DNA from: the human T2T-CHM13v2.0 reference genome, Homo sapiens
NCBI GenBank assembly: GCA_009914755.4
Contig: CP086569.2
Coordinates: 4,032,001-4,096,000, forward strand
DNA: 64,000 nucleotides
Reading direction: 5' to 3'
The notes under the pieces were generated by a model. That model was not told the origin of the DNA, did not search any database, and saw only the letters and a list, made by a program, of their open reading frames with translations. A program made the translations under genes and the position numbers. The first letter of the stretch is position 1. Each line of letters opens with the position of its first letter. Of the stretch, positions 1 through 11,400 are shown piece by piece.

Positions 1-693
1 AGTTAGAATGGCGATCATGAAAAAGTCAGGAAACAACAGGTGCTGAAGAGGATGTGGAGAAATAGGAACACTTTTACACTGTTGGTGGGACTCTAAACTA
101 GTTCAACCATTGTGGAAGACAGTGTGGTGATTCCTCAGGGATCTAGAACTGAAATACCATTTGACCCAGCCATCCCATTACTGGGTATATACCCAAAGGA
201 TTACAAATCATGCTGCTATAAAGACACATGCACATGTATGTTTATTGCAGCACTATTCACAATAGCAAAGACTTGGAACCAACCCCAATGTCCATCAGTG
301 ATAGAGTGGATTAAGAGAATGTTGCACATATACACCATGGAATACTATGCTGCCATAAAAAAAGGATGAGTTCACATCCTTTGTAGGGACATGGATGAAG
401 CTCATTCTCAGCAAACTATCACAAAAACAGAAAACCAAACACCGCATGTTCTCACTCATAGGTGGGAATTGAACAATGAGAACACTTGGACACAGGAAGG
501 GGACCATCACACACCGGGGCGTGTTGTGAGGTGGGGGGAAGGGAGAGGGATAGCATTAGGAGATATACCTAATGTAAATGATGAGTTAATGGGTGCAGCA
601 CACCAACATGGCACATGTATACATATGTAACAAACCTGCACGTTGTGTACATGTACCCTAGAACTTATAGTATAAAAAAAAAAAAAAAAAAAA
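1..693 (+). mobile_element. LINE-1 (L1PA-type) 3' end: ORF2 C-terminal coding remnant (to about 472), 3'UTR and poly(A) tail (675-693); the element body lies upstream of the window
   Basis: Translation in the track matches the L1 ORF2 C-terminus (…FTIAKTWNQPKCPS…IYTMEYYAAIKK…SLIGGN). Canonical 3'UTR motif ggcacatgtatacatatgtaacaaacctgcacgttgtgtacatgtaccctagaacttatag is followed by A19. A frameshift near 360 makes it non-coding. Confidence 0.9.
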
Positions 694-2149
694 CCTTGTG
701 TTTGGGGCAGTTTTTCCAGTTTCACTGAAAAGTTTTACTTGATAAATCTAATAAAAAATGGTAAGAGGATGAGACTTGAGGAGTGTATAGTCTGGATGTC
801 ATTTCTCCTAGTCATTTTTAAATTCATTCTTGTATCTAGAGAAAAAGATCCTTTGTTAAGCACCTTGGCTGCTTTTCTATCTTTGTCTCCAGGCCCTTGC
901 ATTCAAAGATGAGTTTATCTAGAAATGTTCAATTCAAGCGATTGCTTAATTGTGATAGAGATGTGGGGGGAATTGGCTTTTGTGCAAACCGTAATAATGC
1001 TGTGGATCTAGTCTTTTTAGAAATGGTTCAACCAGTCCAATATCAATATAGCTGCTTATCACTCTATTCACTTACTTCAAAGTGGCGTTTGTTTTGAGTA
1101 AGAATTTATTTAATTCTCACTGTTAGCTTGAAACCATAGAGATCTTCTCTCTATTTGCCCTACTTCCTTCAAAAGTCAAATGACCTCCTACAAATAAAAG
1201 ACATTCATATTTTCATTTCATATTTGAATGAGTATTTGTTCACTTTATTTGAATGTTATAAGTATAAAAGCACTGAGAAACAAAATATTAAGTACTTGAA
1301 ATTTTGGAGAAAAAAAGTAAGAATAACTAAAAACCATATAGTATGGTACCTCATAAAAGTTAGGGTAGATTTGCATTTTAAAATTGCTCATAAGACAAAA
1401 AAATGTAGACTTTTCCCTGAGGCTCAGTGTGTAATTGTGGTGACATGTATTCAGTAGTATGATAAATTTTGCAGGACAATCTTTAAAATAAGGTTATCTC
1501 TGAGCGACTAGCCAGGATGACCAATTAGATTTAGAACTAAGCTATTTTCTTTCCTCCCAAGATCACTTTGTATCCCGAAGAATTAGTAACAGGAGTCTGA
1601 ATATCTGATGACCAGATTACTCAATAATTTCAAGAGTAAGTAGGAAAGGACAAAATACACATCAAAGGTAGCTGGTACAAATGATAGCTCTGATTATAGT
1701 AGACTGGAAAGGAAGAAAAAACCACAACTTTAGTTATTTTTTCTAGAAAGCCAACTTGATTTCATATGAGTAGATGTATTAGAATTCTGAAATGATATTT
1801 GATATTCTATCTAAATTACATGGTATCAATCATGCCATTTCTAAGGGCTTGCTCAGACCAATATTTAGCACAATGAAAGCAAAGATTATTTTCTAACACC
1901 TATTAGTTCATGCAGCCTTCTTTTTGCAATGTGGATGAAGAGAAGTAACCTGTAAAAGGAGGAAATGGAGGATGAAAAAACGGTAAGGACTTTTCATCTG
2001 GTTCCTGCAGGCTTTTTGTGTGGCTTGTCCTTGATTGCTGCCAGTGACTTCACATAATGTGTTTCTCGTTCATTTACTCTGTCTCCTTGCATCTCCTGTA
2101 CTGAAAGCCAGACTTTAAAATAAAGATAGTCAGCTTTCAGGAGAGGAAA

Positions 2150-2200
2150 AACAGTAACAACGACAACAACAAAAGCAAAAACAAAAACAAAAAAAAACCT
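2150..2200. repeat. A-rich / (CAA)n-like low-complexity tract
   Basis: aacagtaacaacgacaacaacaaaagcaaaaacaaaaacaaaaaaaaa. Confidence 0.6.
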
Positions 2201-2869
2201 CTGTTCTTGTAGTTTGAAAGGTATTTGAACCGTCAGAAAATTATTAGACAAATTCTGAAAGGAATGCTAAACACTACAAAAAATTATTTTTGACAAAGAG
2301 AACTCCTTGTGGGGTTATACTTGAAAGATAAAACTTTGAGGAAAAAAAATAGTGCGTTATATAGAAAAAGGGTGAGGAAAGATTTACTGTTTTATTGTAT
2401 ATCTAATATATGGTCCTCCTAGTATAAGTGAGTTTAAAGCTATTATAGAGTAAAAAAAAAAAACTTCTTTAAACACAAATGAAGTTTTATATTCAAACAA
2501 ATTTATTAATTTGCTTCACAAATCAAACCATTTACAGTGGGGGTCAGCAAATTACAGAACTCTGGCCAAATCCAGCCCAATTCCTGTTTTTATGCAGGCC
2601 TCAAGTCAAGAATGGTTGACAGATGAACATTAGCAATTGATTTGATACAGGGAACACTAACTTTGAGCCCCAAGTAAGCAAATATCCAGTCACAATAAGA
2701 GTCATTATTTTTATTAGATTTTCATTAAAATAATTGTACTCAATTTTTATATTTTGAATTTCATCAATACAAATATTGTAGAAACTTGTTTTCCTTTCTG
2801 TTAATGTTGCCTATTGGCCCACAAAGCCTAAAATATTTATTGTTAGCTAATCATTCTAGATTGCATTTG

Positions 2870-2874
2870 TTATC
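2870..2874. repeat. Putative 5-bp target-site duplication (TTATC) flanking the HERV-H 3' LTR
   Basis: ttatc lies immediately before the LTR7 terminus tttcatgcgcg at 2875. The same pentamer follows the other LTR at 8717-8721. Confidence 0.5.
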
Positions 2875-3327
2875 TTTCATGCGCGTCCATGTGAAGAGAC
2901 CGCCAAACAGGCTTTGTGTGAGCAACGAGGCTGTTTATTTCACCTGGGTGCAGGTGGGCTGAGTCCGAAAAGAGAGTCAGTGAAGGGAGATAGGGGTGGG
3001 GCCGTTTTATAGGATTTGGGTAGGTAAAGGAAAATTACAGTCAAAGGGAGGTTGTTCTCTGGCGGGCAGGAGTGGGGGTCACAAGGTGCTCAGTGGGGGG
3101 TGCTTTTTGAGCCATGATGAGCAGGAAAAGGACTTTCACAAGATAATGTCATCACTTAAGGCAAGGACCAGCCATTTATACTTCTGTTGTGGTGGAATGT
3201 CATCAGTTAAGGTGGGGCAGGGCATATTCACTTCTTTTGTGATTCTTCAGTTACTTCAGGCCATCTGGGCATATATGTGCAAGTGACAGGGGATGCGATG
3301 GCTTGGCTTGGGCTCAGAGGCCTGACA
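2875..3327 (-). repeat. HERV-H 3' LTR (LTR7-type)
   Basis: Plus strand ends …gatggcttggcttgggctcagaggcctgaca (3327), the reverse complement of the LTR7 start TGTCAGGCCTCTGAGCCCAAGCC. The other end is tttcatgcgcgtccatgtgaagagacc. It is about 93% identical to the copy at 8265-8716 by my manual alignment. Confidence 0.9.
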
Positions 3328-3345
3328 TTCCTGCCTTCTTATATT
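3328..3345 (-). other. Polypurine tract candidate immediately upstream of the 3' LTR
   Basis: Minus-strand sequence AATATAAGAAGGCAGGAA directly abuts TGTCAGG of the LTR. Confidence 0.45.
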
Positions 3346-5309
3346 AATAAGAAAAATAAAACAAAATAGTGTTGAAGTGTTGGGGTGGCAAAAATTTTGG
3401 GGGGGTGGTATGGAGAGAGAGTGGACGATGTTTCTCAGGGCTGCTTCAAGCGGGATTAGGTGCTGTGTGGGAACCTAGAGTGGGAGAGATTAAGCTGAAG
3501 GGAGGTCTTGTGGTAAGGGGTGATATTGTGGGGATGTTACAAGAAACATTTGTCATACAGAATGATTGCTGATGGCCTGGATATGGTTTTGGATGAATTG
3601 AGAAACTAAATGGAATAAGAGAAGGAGAAAAACAGGTATAAAAGGTCTAAGAATTGGGACGACTCAGGATATCTGATTAGAGAATGCCTAAGGAGATTCA
3701 GCAGAGTCCTGCCAGCAAAGATTATTTATTTACTTCAAGAGTTAAGAGTGGCAATTTGGGGATAGCACCAGGAAATATCACCTGTGATGGCTTGGAAAAA
3801 CAGTGTAAACTGGCAGTGTAAACAAGAGCAGGGCATGTATGAGTAGTTGAGAACGGTAAATAGGAGTATGACTAGACAGAAGATAGCAGGGATGACAAGT
3901 TTTCTGGGGCACAGTCTAAGTTGCTCTGGTGTCTGCAATGAGACTGGGGCCTAATAAAAAGGAGCATCTATACAGGAGCTTAAATGGGCTGTACCCTGTA
4001 GCATTCCGAAGACAGGCCTGAATTCTGAGAAGGGAAAGTGGTAAAAGTATTGTCCAGTCCTTTTTAAGTTGGTAGCTGAGCTTGGTGAGGTGTGTTTTTA
4101 AAAGACCTTTAGTCCATTCTACTTTTCTTGAAGATGGAGGACCGTAAGGGATATAAAGGTTTCACTGAATACTAAGAGCCTGAAAAACTGCTTGGCTGAT
4201 TTGACTAATAAAGGCTGGTCTGTTATCAGACTGTATAGAGGTGGGAAGGCTAAACTGAGGAATTATGTCTGACAGGAGGGAAGAAATGACTGTGGTGGCC
4301 TTCTCAGACCCTGTAGGAAAGGCCTTTACTTATTCAGTGAAAGTGTCTATTTAGACTAAGAGGTATTTTAGTTTCCTGAATCAGGGCATGTTGAGTAAGC
4401 TAATTTGCCAGTCCTGAGTGGCAGCAAATCCTCGAGCTTGATGTGTAGGGAAGGGAGGGGGCCTGAATAATCCCTGAGGAGTAGTAGAATAGCAGATGGA
4501 ACACTGAGAAGTTATTTCCTTGAGGATAGATTTCCACGATGGAAAGGAAATGAGAGGTTCTGAGAGGCGGGCTAGTGGCTTGTACTATAGCATAGCCTGC
4601 CTTTGCTGGTGTGTGGTGATTAGGCCTGGTAGAACTGCCATCAATAAATCAAGCGTGATCAGGGTGAGGAACAGAAAAGAAGGAAATATGGGGAAATGGG
4701 GTGAATATCAGGTGGATCAGAGAGATACAGTCATGGGGGTCAGGTGTGGTATCAGGAATAATGTGAGAGGCCAGATTGAAGTCTGGGCCAGGAACAATGG
4801 TAACTGTGGGACTTAAAGAGTGAGTACAGCTGAAGGAGCTGGGGAGCAGAAAGTATATGTGTCAGGTATGAGGAAGACAATAGATTTTGGAAGTTATGAG
4901 AAATGTAGAGAGTGAGTTGAGCATAGTTTGTGATTTTTAGGGCCTCTAACAGTATTAAAGCAGTGGCAGCTGCTGCACGCAGACATGAGGGCTAGGCTAA
5001 AACAGTAAGGTCAAGTTGTTTGGACAGAAAGCCTACACTGTGTGGTCCTGGCCCTTGTGTAAGAATTCTGACCGCACTAACCATGCCTAGGAAAGAAAGG
5101 AGTTGCTCTTTTTTAAGGGATTGAGGTTTGGGAGATTAATCAGACATGATCAGCAGGGAGAGCACGTGTGTTTTTATGAGAATTATGCTGAGATAGGTAA
5201 CAGATGAGGATGAAATTTGGGCTTGACTGAAGTAATGGGGGCTGTCTGTGAAGCCTTGAGGCAGTACAGCCCAGGTAATTTGCTGAGCCTAATGGGTGTC
5301 AGGGTCAGT

Positions 5310-5702
5310 CTAAGTGAAGGCAAAGAGAGGCTGGGATGAAAGGTGCAAAGGAATAGTAAAGAAAGCATGTTTGAGATCCAGAACAGAATAATGGGTAGTA
5401 GAGGGAGCTATTGAGGATAGGAGAGTATACAGGTTTGGCACCATGGGGTGGATAGACGAAACAATTTGGTTGATAAGGCACAGATTCTGAACTAACTTGT
5501 AAGCCTTGTCTGGTTTTAGGACAGGTAAAATGGGGGAATGGTAAGGAGAGTTTATAGGTTTTAGAAGCCCATGCTGTAGCAGGCAAGTGATAACGGGCTT
5601 TAATCCTTTTACAGCATGCTGTGGGATGGGATATTGGCATTGAGTGGGGTAAGGGTGATTAGGTTTTAATGAGATGGTAAGGGGTGCATGATCAGTCACC
5701 AA
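5310..5702 (-). pseudogene. HERV-H pol, reverse-transcriptase remnant (frameshifted)
   Basis: Minus-strand ORF contains …LLKPINSPYHSPILPVLKPDKAYKLVQNLCLINQIV…PMVPNLYTLLSSIAPSTTHYSVLDLKHAFFTIPLHLSSQPLFAF. This matches the gammaretrovirus-type RT motif block (…VPNPYNLL…YTVLDLKDAFF…QPLFAF). Overlapping ORFs in other frames show frameshifts. Confidence 0.8.
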
Positions 5703-5890
5703 GGAGGGAGTAGAGGTATCTTATACTTCTGGGTTAAGGTGGGGGAATACTAGAGGAGGATGCAAAGGATGCTTTGGATTGGGAAGAAGGGCAGCAATGA
5801 GATGCGGCTATAGTCCAGGAATAGTCAGGTAAGCAGATAATTTGGTTAAAATATCTCAGCCTAATAAGGGAACTGGGCAGGTGGGGATAA

Positions 5891-6079
5891 CTAAAAAAGA
5901 GTGCATAAAAGAGTATCCTCTAATTTGGCACCAGAGTTGGGAGTTTTAAGAGGTTTAGAAGCCTGGCTGTCAATACCCACAACAGTTATGGAGGCAAGGG
6001 AAACAGGCCCTTGAAAAGAAGGTAATGTGGAGTGGGTAGCCTCTGTATTGATTAAGAAGGGAATGGACTTACCCTCCAC
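5891..6079 (-). pseudogene. HERV-H protease-like remnant (active-site degenerate)
   Basis: Translation …IPFLINTEATHSTL… resembles the retroviral aspartic protease motif (LVDTGAxxS) with DTG mutated. Its position between gag NC and pol RT is consistent. Confidence 0.4.
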
Positions 6080-6159
6080 TGTGAGAGTTACTTAAAGCTC
6101 GGCATCCGTGATGGTCTACCGGGCTTCTGAGGCAATCAGGCAGCATCAGTCTTCAGCCG

Positions 6160-6486
6160 CTAAGCCAAGAAGGAGTCAGTCAGAGAGCCTTGGGCCAGAG
6201 TTCCAGGGGCTCTGGGAGTGGCTGCCAGGTGAGTTGAACAGTCCAATTTCCAGTGGGGTCCCGCACAGATGGGACATGGCTTAGGAGGAATCCTGGGCTG
6301 CAGGCATTCCTTGGCCTGGTGGTCAGATTTCTGGCACTTGTAGCAAGCTCCTGGGGGAGGAGGTTCTGGAGGAATGCCTGGCCGCTGTGGTTCAGGCATT
6401 TGGAAGTTCTTGTGTGCTGGATATGTGGCTGGGGTTTGTCTCACAGTGGAGGCAAGGAATTGCAACTTTTTTATGTTATTGTACAC
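6160..6486 (-). pseudogene. HERV-H gag nucleocapsid remnant with two CCHC zinc knuckles
   Basis: Translation contains CYKCQKSDHQAKEC and CPICAGPHWKLDC, i.e. CX2CX4HX4C and CX2CX3HX4C. Confidence 0.8.
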
Positions 6487-7329
6487 CTTGAAGGTGAGGT
6501 TAATTAAGTCCTGTTGTGGGGTTTGAGGGCCAGATTCTAATTTTTGGAGTTTTATTTAATGTCAGGAGCAGATTGGGTAATAAAATGTATATTGAGAATA
6601 AGATGGCCTTTTGACCTTTTAGGGTCTAGGGCTGTAAAGTGTCTCAGGGTTGCTGCTGAACGAGCCATGAACTGGGCTGGGTTTTTATATTTGATAAAAA
6701 AGAGCCTAAATGCTTCTGATTTGGGATAAAGAAAAAGGAGCATTAACCTTGACTATGCCTTTGGCTCCAACCACCTTTTTAAGAGTAAATTGCTGGGCAG
6801 GTGGGGGAGGGCTAGTCAAAGAATGAAACTGTAAGCAGGACCAGGTGTGAGGAGGGGAGGTAATAAAAAGATTACAGGGTGGAGGAGTGGAGGCTGAGGG
6901 AGAATTGGGACCTAGTTTGGCCTGGCGAGGAGGGGAGAGGGCAGATGGGTCTGTAGAAAAGGAAGATTAGAAAGACTCAGCGACGCTTGGGGTTGGGACT
7001 GAGGGGACAGGCAGGAGGGAAAGAAGGAAGGTTTGGGATGAGCTGCACTGGGCACAGAGACTAGGAAGGGACTGATGTGTAAAAGAATGCCTGGACATCA
7101 GGCACCTCAGACCATTTGCCTATTTTATGACAAGAATTATTTAGATCTTGTAGGATGGAAAAATTGAAAGCGCCATTTTCCGGCTATTTGGAACTACTGT
7201 CGGGTTTGTATTGGGGTCAAGCGGCATTGCAGAAGAAAATAAGATGCTTAGATTTTAGGTCAGGTGAGAGTTGAAGAGGTTTTAAGTTCTTAAGAATATA
7301 AGCTAAGGGAGAAGAAGGAGGAATGGAAG

Positions 7330-7830
7330 GTGGAAACTTGCCCATAGTGAAGGAGGCAAGCCCAGAGAAAAGAGTAGAGACACAGGAAGAGGTGGGGGGT
7401 TCTTGCCCTCCAGAAAAGCAGAGAAAGGGTTGGGCCATGGAAATAAGGAATTGGGGCACAGAGATAAGAGGTTGGGGTTCAGAAATAAGGGATTGGGGCA
7501 CAGAGATAAGAGGTCGGGGTTCAGAAATAAGGGATTGGGGAGTTCTTGCCCCCTAGGAAAGCAGGACTTGCCGCTAAGGGTGAAGGAGAAGGGGTTGAGG
7601 GGTACTTGCCCCTCCCCCAGAAAAGCAGAGAAGGGGTAGAGACATGGAGAGAAGGGGTTGGGGTACTTGCCCTTTCCCCAGAAAAGCAGAGAAGGGGTAG
7701 AGACAAGGAGAGAAGGGGTACTTGCCTTTTCCCTGGAAAAGCAGAGAAGGGGTAGAGACAAGGAGAGAAGGGGTTGGGGTACTTGCCCCTTCCCCTGAAA
7801 AGCGGGACTTTCTGCTAAGGGTGAAGGACC
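7330..7830 (-). repeat. Tandem-repeat block in the HERV-H leader / pre-gag region
   Basis: About 2.5 copies of a 44-bp unit (gggattggggcacagagataagaggttggggttcagaaataag, 7440-7545). Then about 3.5 copies of a ~60-bp unit (ggggtacttgcccctcccccagaaaagcagagaaggggtagagacatggagagaaggggtt, 7560-7800). Together they produce the artefactual 230-aa low-complexity ORF. Confidence 0.85.
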
Positions 7831-8244
7831 AAGGCAGGCATCCCTGCGTGGTCTGACACCCTTGAAACGTGGGTGAATAATCAGAGAGGTGTCCCTGCAA
7901 TGATTAAACGCCAAGGGAAAGCTGCCTTCCCAGTCCGTGACCGGCGCCGGAGTTTTGGGTCCACGGATAAAATGTGTCTCCTTTGTCTCTACCAAAAAAT
8001 GAAAGGAATTGAAATTAAGAGAAAGGAGAGATTGAAGTGTGGCGCCAAGATTGAAAGGAGAAAGAGGTTGAGGGATAGTGAGGGAGGTTGGAGAAGAGAG
8101 TAAAAAGAGGCCACTTACCGGATTTGAAATTGGTGAGATGTTTCTTGGGCTGGTCAGTCTGAGGACCTGAGGTCATAGGTGGATCTTTCTCATGGAGCAA
8201 AGAGCAGGAGGACAGGGGATTGATCTCCCAAGGGAGGTCCCCCA

Positions 8245-8262
8245 ATCCGAGTCACAGCACCA
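8245..8262 (-). other. Primer-binding site complementary to the 3' end of tRNA-His
   Basis: Minus strand reads TGGTGCTGTGACTCGGAT, two nucleotides downstream of the 5' LTR. This is 17/18 identical to the canonical His PBS TGGTGCCGTGACTCGGAT. Confidence 0.8.
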
Positions 8263-8264
8263 AA

Positions 8265-8716
8265 TTTCATGCGCATCCGTGTGAAGAGACCACCAAACAG
8301 GCTTTGTGTGAGCAACGTGGCTGTTTATTTCACCTGGGTGCAGGCGGGCTGAGTCCAAAAAGAGAGTCAGCGAAGGGAGTTAGGGGTGGGGCTGTTTTAT
8401 AGGATTTGGGTAGGTAAAGGAAAATTATAGTCAAAGGGGGGTTGTTCTCTGGAGGGCAGGAGTGGGGGTTGCAAGGTGCTCAGTGGGGGTGCTTTTTGAG
8501 CCAGGATGAGCCAGGAAAAGGACTTTCACAAGGTAATGTCATCAGTTAAGGCAAGGACCGGCCGTTTGCACTTCTTTTGTGGTGGAATGTCATCAGTTAA
8601 GGAGGGCAGGGCGTATTCACTTCTTTTGTGATTCTTCAGTTACTTCAGGCCATCTGGGTGTATACGTGCAAGTGACAGGGGATGCGATGGCTTGGCTTGG
8701 GCTCAGAGGCCTGATG
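8265..8716 (-). repeat. HERV-H 5' LTR (LTR7-type)
   Basis: Same termini as 2875-3327. Plus strand starts tttcatgcgcatccgtgtgaagagacc and ends …gcttggcttgggctcagaggcctgatg. Confidence 0.9.
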
Positions 8717-8721
8717 TTATC
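8717..8721. repeat. Putative 5-bp target-site duplication (TTATC) flanking the HERV-H 5' LTR
   Basis: ttatc immediately follows the LTR end and matches 2870-2874. Confidence 0.5.
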
Positions 8722-9444
8722 TTTACTAATAAACAACCTAGAATAATTATATATGACCAGTTTTTATTATCATGGAAATGAAATGGAATAAATATGACAG
8801 TATGTTGTAGATTTAAATTTGCCAATAGTTGAAGAGACTGAGGCTTTTTAAAGGTATGTTTCTCTTTTTAAAAGGAGTCTTTCAACACCACATATGTTAC
8901 CCATGAATTGTGTTTTTTCTGAAAAAGAATATGAGGAACAATTCGAGGGAATTTTTTATTCTACTGTCCTTTTTATCAGCCAATATTCCAGTTTGGTAAA
9001 CTATGTAGTATTATCACAGATTATAAATTGAAGCCTTTGATCTCTTTCTGATTGTACATCTAGTTTGTTTAAACGCATTCATTTCCCAAAATATTATCTA
9101 AAACTTGCTGATATTTGTATTGTATTTCAGTTGTAACTGAATCATTTAACATAACTATTTTTGTTTTCAAGACTGATATGTAAATTCCATGACTGAAAGG
9201 ATCACATATTCTATATATCTGATGCCTGTCTTTCTTCCTATCTGTCAATTTTTCCATTTTACTCTACAAATGTAGGATTACATAAGTGTTCTGTTAATGA
9301 TATTCCCCAAATCATGTTTGCAAGGGCCCTCTTTAATCTTTTAAGAGCAGTCTATGAACACCTCCTCTTCTGAGAAACTAAACATAAATCCTTTTTTCAA
9401 ATAAAAAGTATCTGTGGCTAAGGGAGGAGACCACCCCTCATATT

Positions 9445-9880
9445 GTCTTATGCCCAATTTCTGCGTCCAAAGAAAGAAGAAGTAAAAACTAAAAGTGGGA
9501 AATGAAATCCACAATCAGACAGCCCTGCACCACACCCTGGGCCTGGTAGTTAAAGATCGAACCCTGACCTAATGGGTTACTTGCATAAGAAAAGCACTGT
9601 GAAGATCCCTGTCCTGTTCTGTTCCATTCTAATTACAGGTGCATGCAGCCCCCAGTCATGTACACCCTGCTTGCTCAATTGATCAAGACCCTCTCACAGG
9701 GACCGCCTTAGAGTTGTGAGCCCTTAAAAGGGACAGGAATTCCTCACTCAGAGAGCTCAGTTGTTGGAGATGTGAGTCTTGCCGAAGCTCCCCACCGAAT
9801 AAAGCTCTTCCTTCTTCAACTCGGTGTCTGAGGGGTTTTGCCTGCGGCTTGTCCTGCTACATGCCTACATCATAATTGTG
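9445..9880 (+). repeat. Probable solo ERV LTR (family not assigned)
   Basis: A ~430-bp block has LTR-like architecture. It starts TG…, has AATAAAGCTCTTCC (poly(A) signal, about 9798), then a GT-rich U5-like tail tcggtgtctgaggggttttgcctgcggct, and ends …CA. I cannot name the family. Confidence 0.35.
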
Positions 9881-10229
9881 AAATAAAACCAACAGTGTTA
9901 TCTTGGTCATGACTAAATCAACAAAGAATTAGTCCCTGAGCTAAAAATTGTTACCAGTACACGAGGGGCCACCAATATCTCTCCCAAGTGGTAGAAAACC
10001 AAAAATAAAATGCTAAGCCTCCCAACCAAATAAATGTATGACCTCTTGCCTGAGGGGATTCTAAAGAAACCTGAAATACTAGTTCAGGCCATGAGGAGGT
10101 GGGGGTTAGACATGCTTCCCTTTGGAGTTTAGGCACAACTGACCAGCATTAACATTAAAATAGAGATTATAACACTGACAAAAGAAACTCTTTGTAGCAT
10201 TACAATACCCAACTGCAACCTGACTCTGG

Positions 10230-10850
10230 TATAGCATTATGTGACAGATAACAGGCCCCAAAGGCAATTAAAATGTTTTGCCCCAAAATATATTTCTTTA
10301 GCATATTTAGGAATGACTCTGCAAAGCCATCTCTTGTGAGGGAAATTTCCATTCTGTATATAATCCCTTCCTTTACTAGATCTTTTCCAGAGAGTCTGAC
10401 ACCATTTAAGGTCCTTATAAGAGACATTTACCATCTGTTCTCTCTGAAGCCTAATACCTGGAAGCTTCATCTACATAAGAACCTTGGTTTCCACAAGTCC
10501 TACCTTGTCTTAACTCAAGCATTTCTTTATGCTGAATTCAATTCTTCAGCCAGGGCTTAATTCTTTCAACCAGTTGCTGATCAGAAAAATCTTTGAATCC
10601 ACCCATGACCTGGAAGCCCCTACTTTGAAATGTCCTGCCTTTCTAGGCAGAATCAATGTATGCCTTCCATGTATTGATTTATTTATTTGCCTGCAACTTC
10701 TATCTCCTTAAAATGTATAAAGTCACACTGTGACACAATGAACATGGGCACATGTTATCAGGACCTCCTCAGGCTGTGTCATGGGCCATGCTCCTTAACC
10801 TTAGCAAATAAACCTCTAAAATGATTGAAACTTATCATGGGTATTTTCTT
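10230..10850 (+). repeat. Possible ancient LTR fragment (family not assigned)
   Basis: TATA-like aaaatgtataaagtcaca (about 10713) lies about 90 bp upstream of gcaaataaacctct (about 10806). The spacing resembles an LTR U3/R module. Weak call. Confidence 0.25.
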
Positions 10851-11224
10851 TGATTTATATAGTTTAATGTGCAAATCTGCCTAAGTTGTTTAAATAGATA
10901 ATAGGTCCCATCAAATTCTTTGGTTTATGGAATGTTAATAGGCAGAACATCCTAATCTTTCTGGAGGCAAGTTATATGCCAAATGTTGGAAAGGATGGAA
11001 CCCAGTGTGATAATATGGCTATGAGTTTCTCCTCTATACTATTTCAGTTTTCTATTATTTGTATAATAGACTCACAACAATATCATTGATCTAAGAAATC
11101 TGAGCATGCTTTTTCCTCCAAAACTTATTGAATAATAATTAATGTATTAGGATTCTTCAGAGAAAAATAATTAACTGGATATCTACAGATATGTACAAAG
11201 ATTGATTATAAGGGATTGGCTCAT

Positions 11225-11400
11225 GCCATTATAGAGGCTGAGAAGTCCCATGATCTGCTATCTGCAAGCTGGAGGATCAAGAAAATCAGTGATGTAGTTC
11301 TAATTTAAGCCCAAGGCTTGAGATCCAGAGGAACCAATGACGTCAGTAAATCCCAGTTCAAGTCTGAAGGCCTGAGAACCAGGGACAATGATGTCTAAAG
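11225..11400. repeat. Ancient interspersed-repeat fragment with two diverged ~50-bp internal units
   Basis: agcccaaggcttgagatccagaggaaccaatgacgtcagtaaat followed by cccagttcaagtctgaaggcctgagaaccagggacaatgatgtctaaag. The motif is familiar from a mammalian-wide repeat family that I cannot name confidently. Confidence 0.3.

Larger units (their letters stand above)
2875..8716 (-). mobile_element. HERV-H endogenous retrovirus provirus (LTR7 - HERVH-int - LTR7), about 5.8 kb internally deleted form, non-coding
   Basis: Two ~452-bp direct repeats sit at 2875-3327 and 8265-8716. Their minus-strand sequence starts TGTCAGGCCTCTGAGCCCAAGCCAAGCCATCGCATCCCCTGTGACTTGCAC… (LTR7 start) and ends …CACACGGATGCGCATGAAA. 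Next to the high-coordinate LTR is a PBS complementary to tRNA-His. Inside are gag zinc knuckles, an MLV-like RT motif and leader tandem repeats, all on the minus strand. Confidence 0.9.

Noticed and set aside
112-630. ORFs 112-369 (+) and 391-630 (+) that could be read as small genes
   Set aside because: They are the C-terminus of L1 ORF2 and a spurious frame through the L1 3'UTR.
5305-5702. Two overlapping ~110-130-aa minus-strand ORFs that might suggest an intact retroviral pol
   Set aside because: The RT homology switches frame between them and the protease DTG motif is mutated. gag, pro and pol are not in a continuous frame. This is a degenerate provirus.
7330-7830. Periodic direct repeats that could superficially be mistaken for a CRISPR array (also 36819-37893)
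   Set aside because: This is a eukaryotic sequence. The units are 44-60 bp (or 268 bp) and imperfect, with no unique spacers. They sit inside a retroviral leader and an L1 5'UTR respectively.
7303-7995. 230-aa ORF on the minus strand (the longest in the window), plus overlapping 77-108-aa ORFs on both strands
   Set aside because: It is the translation of the HERV-H leader tandem repeats (PLLSLSLPLLCFS… repeated). It has low complexity, no start context and mirror ORFs in other frames. It is not a gene.
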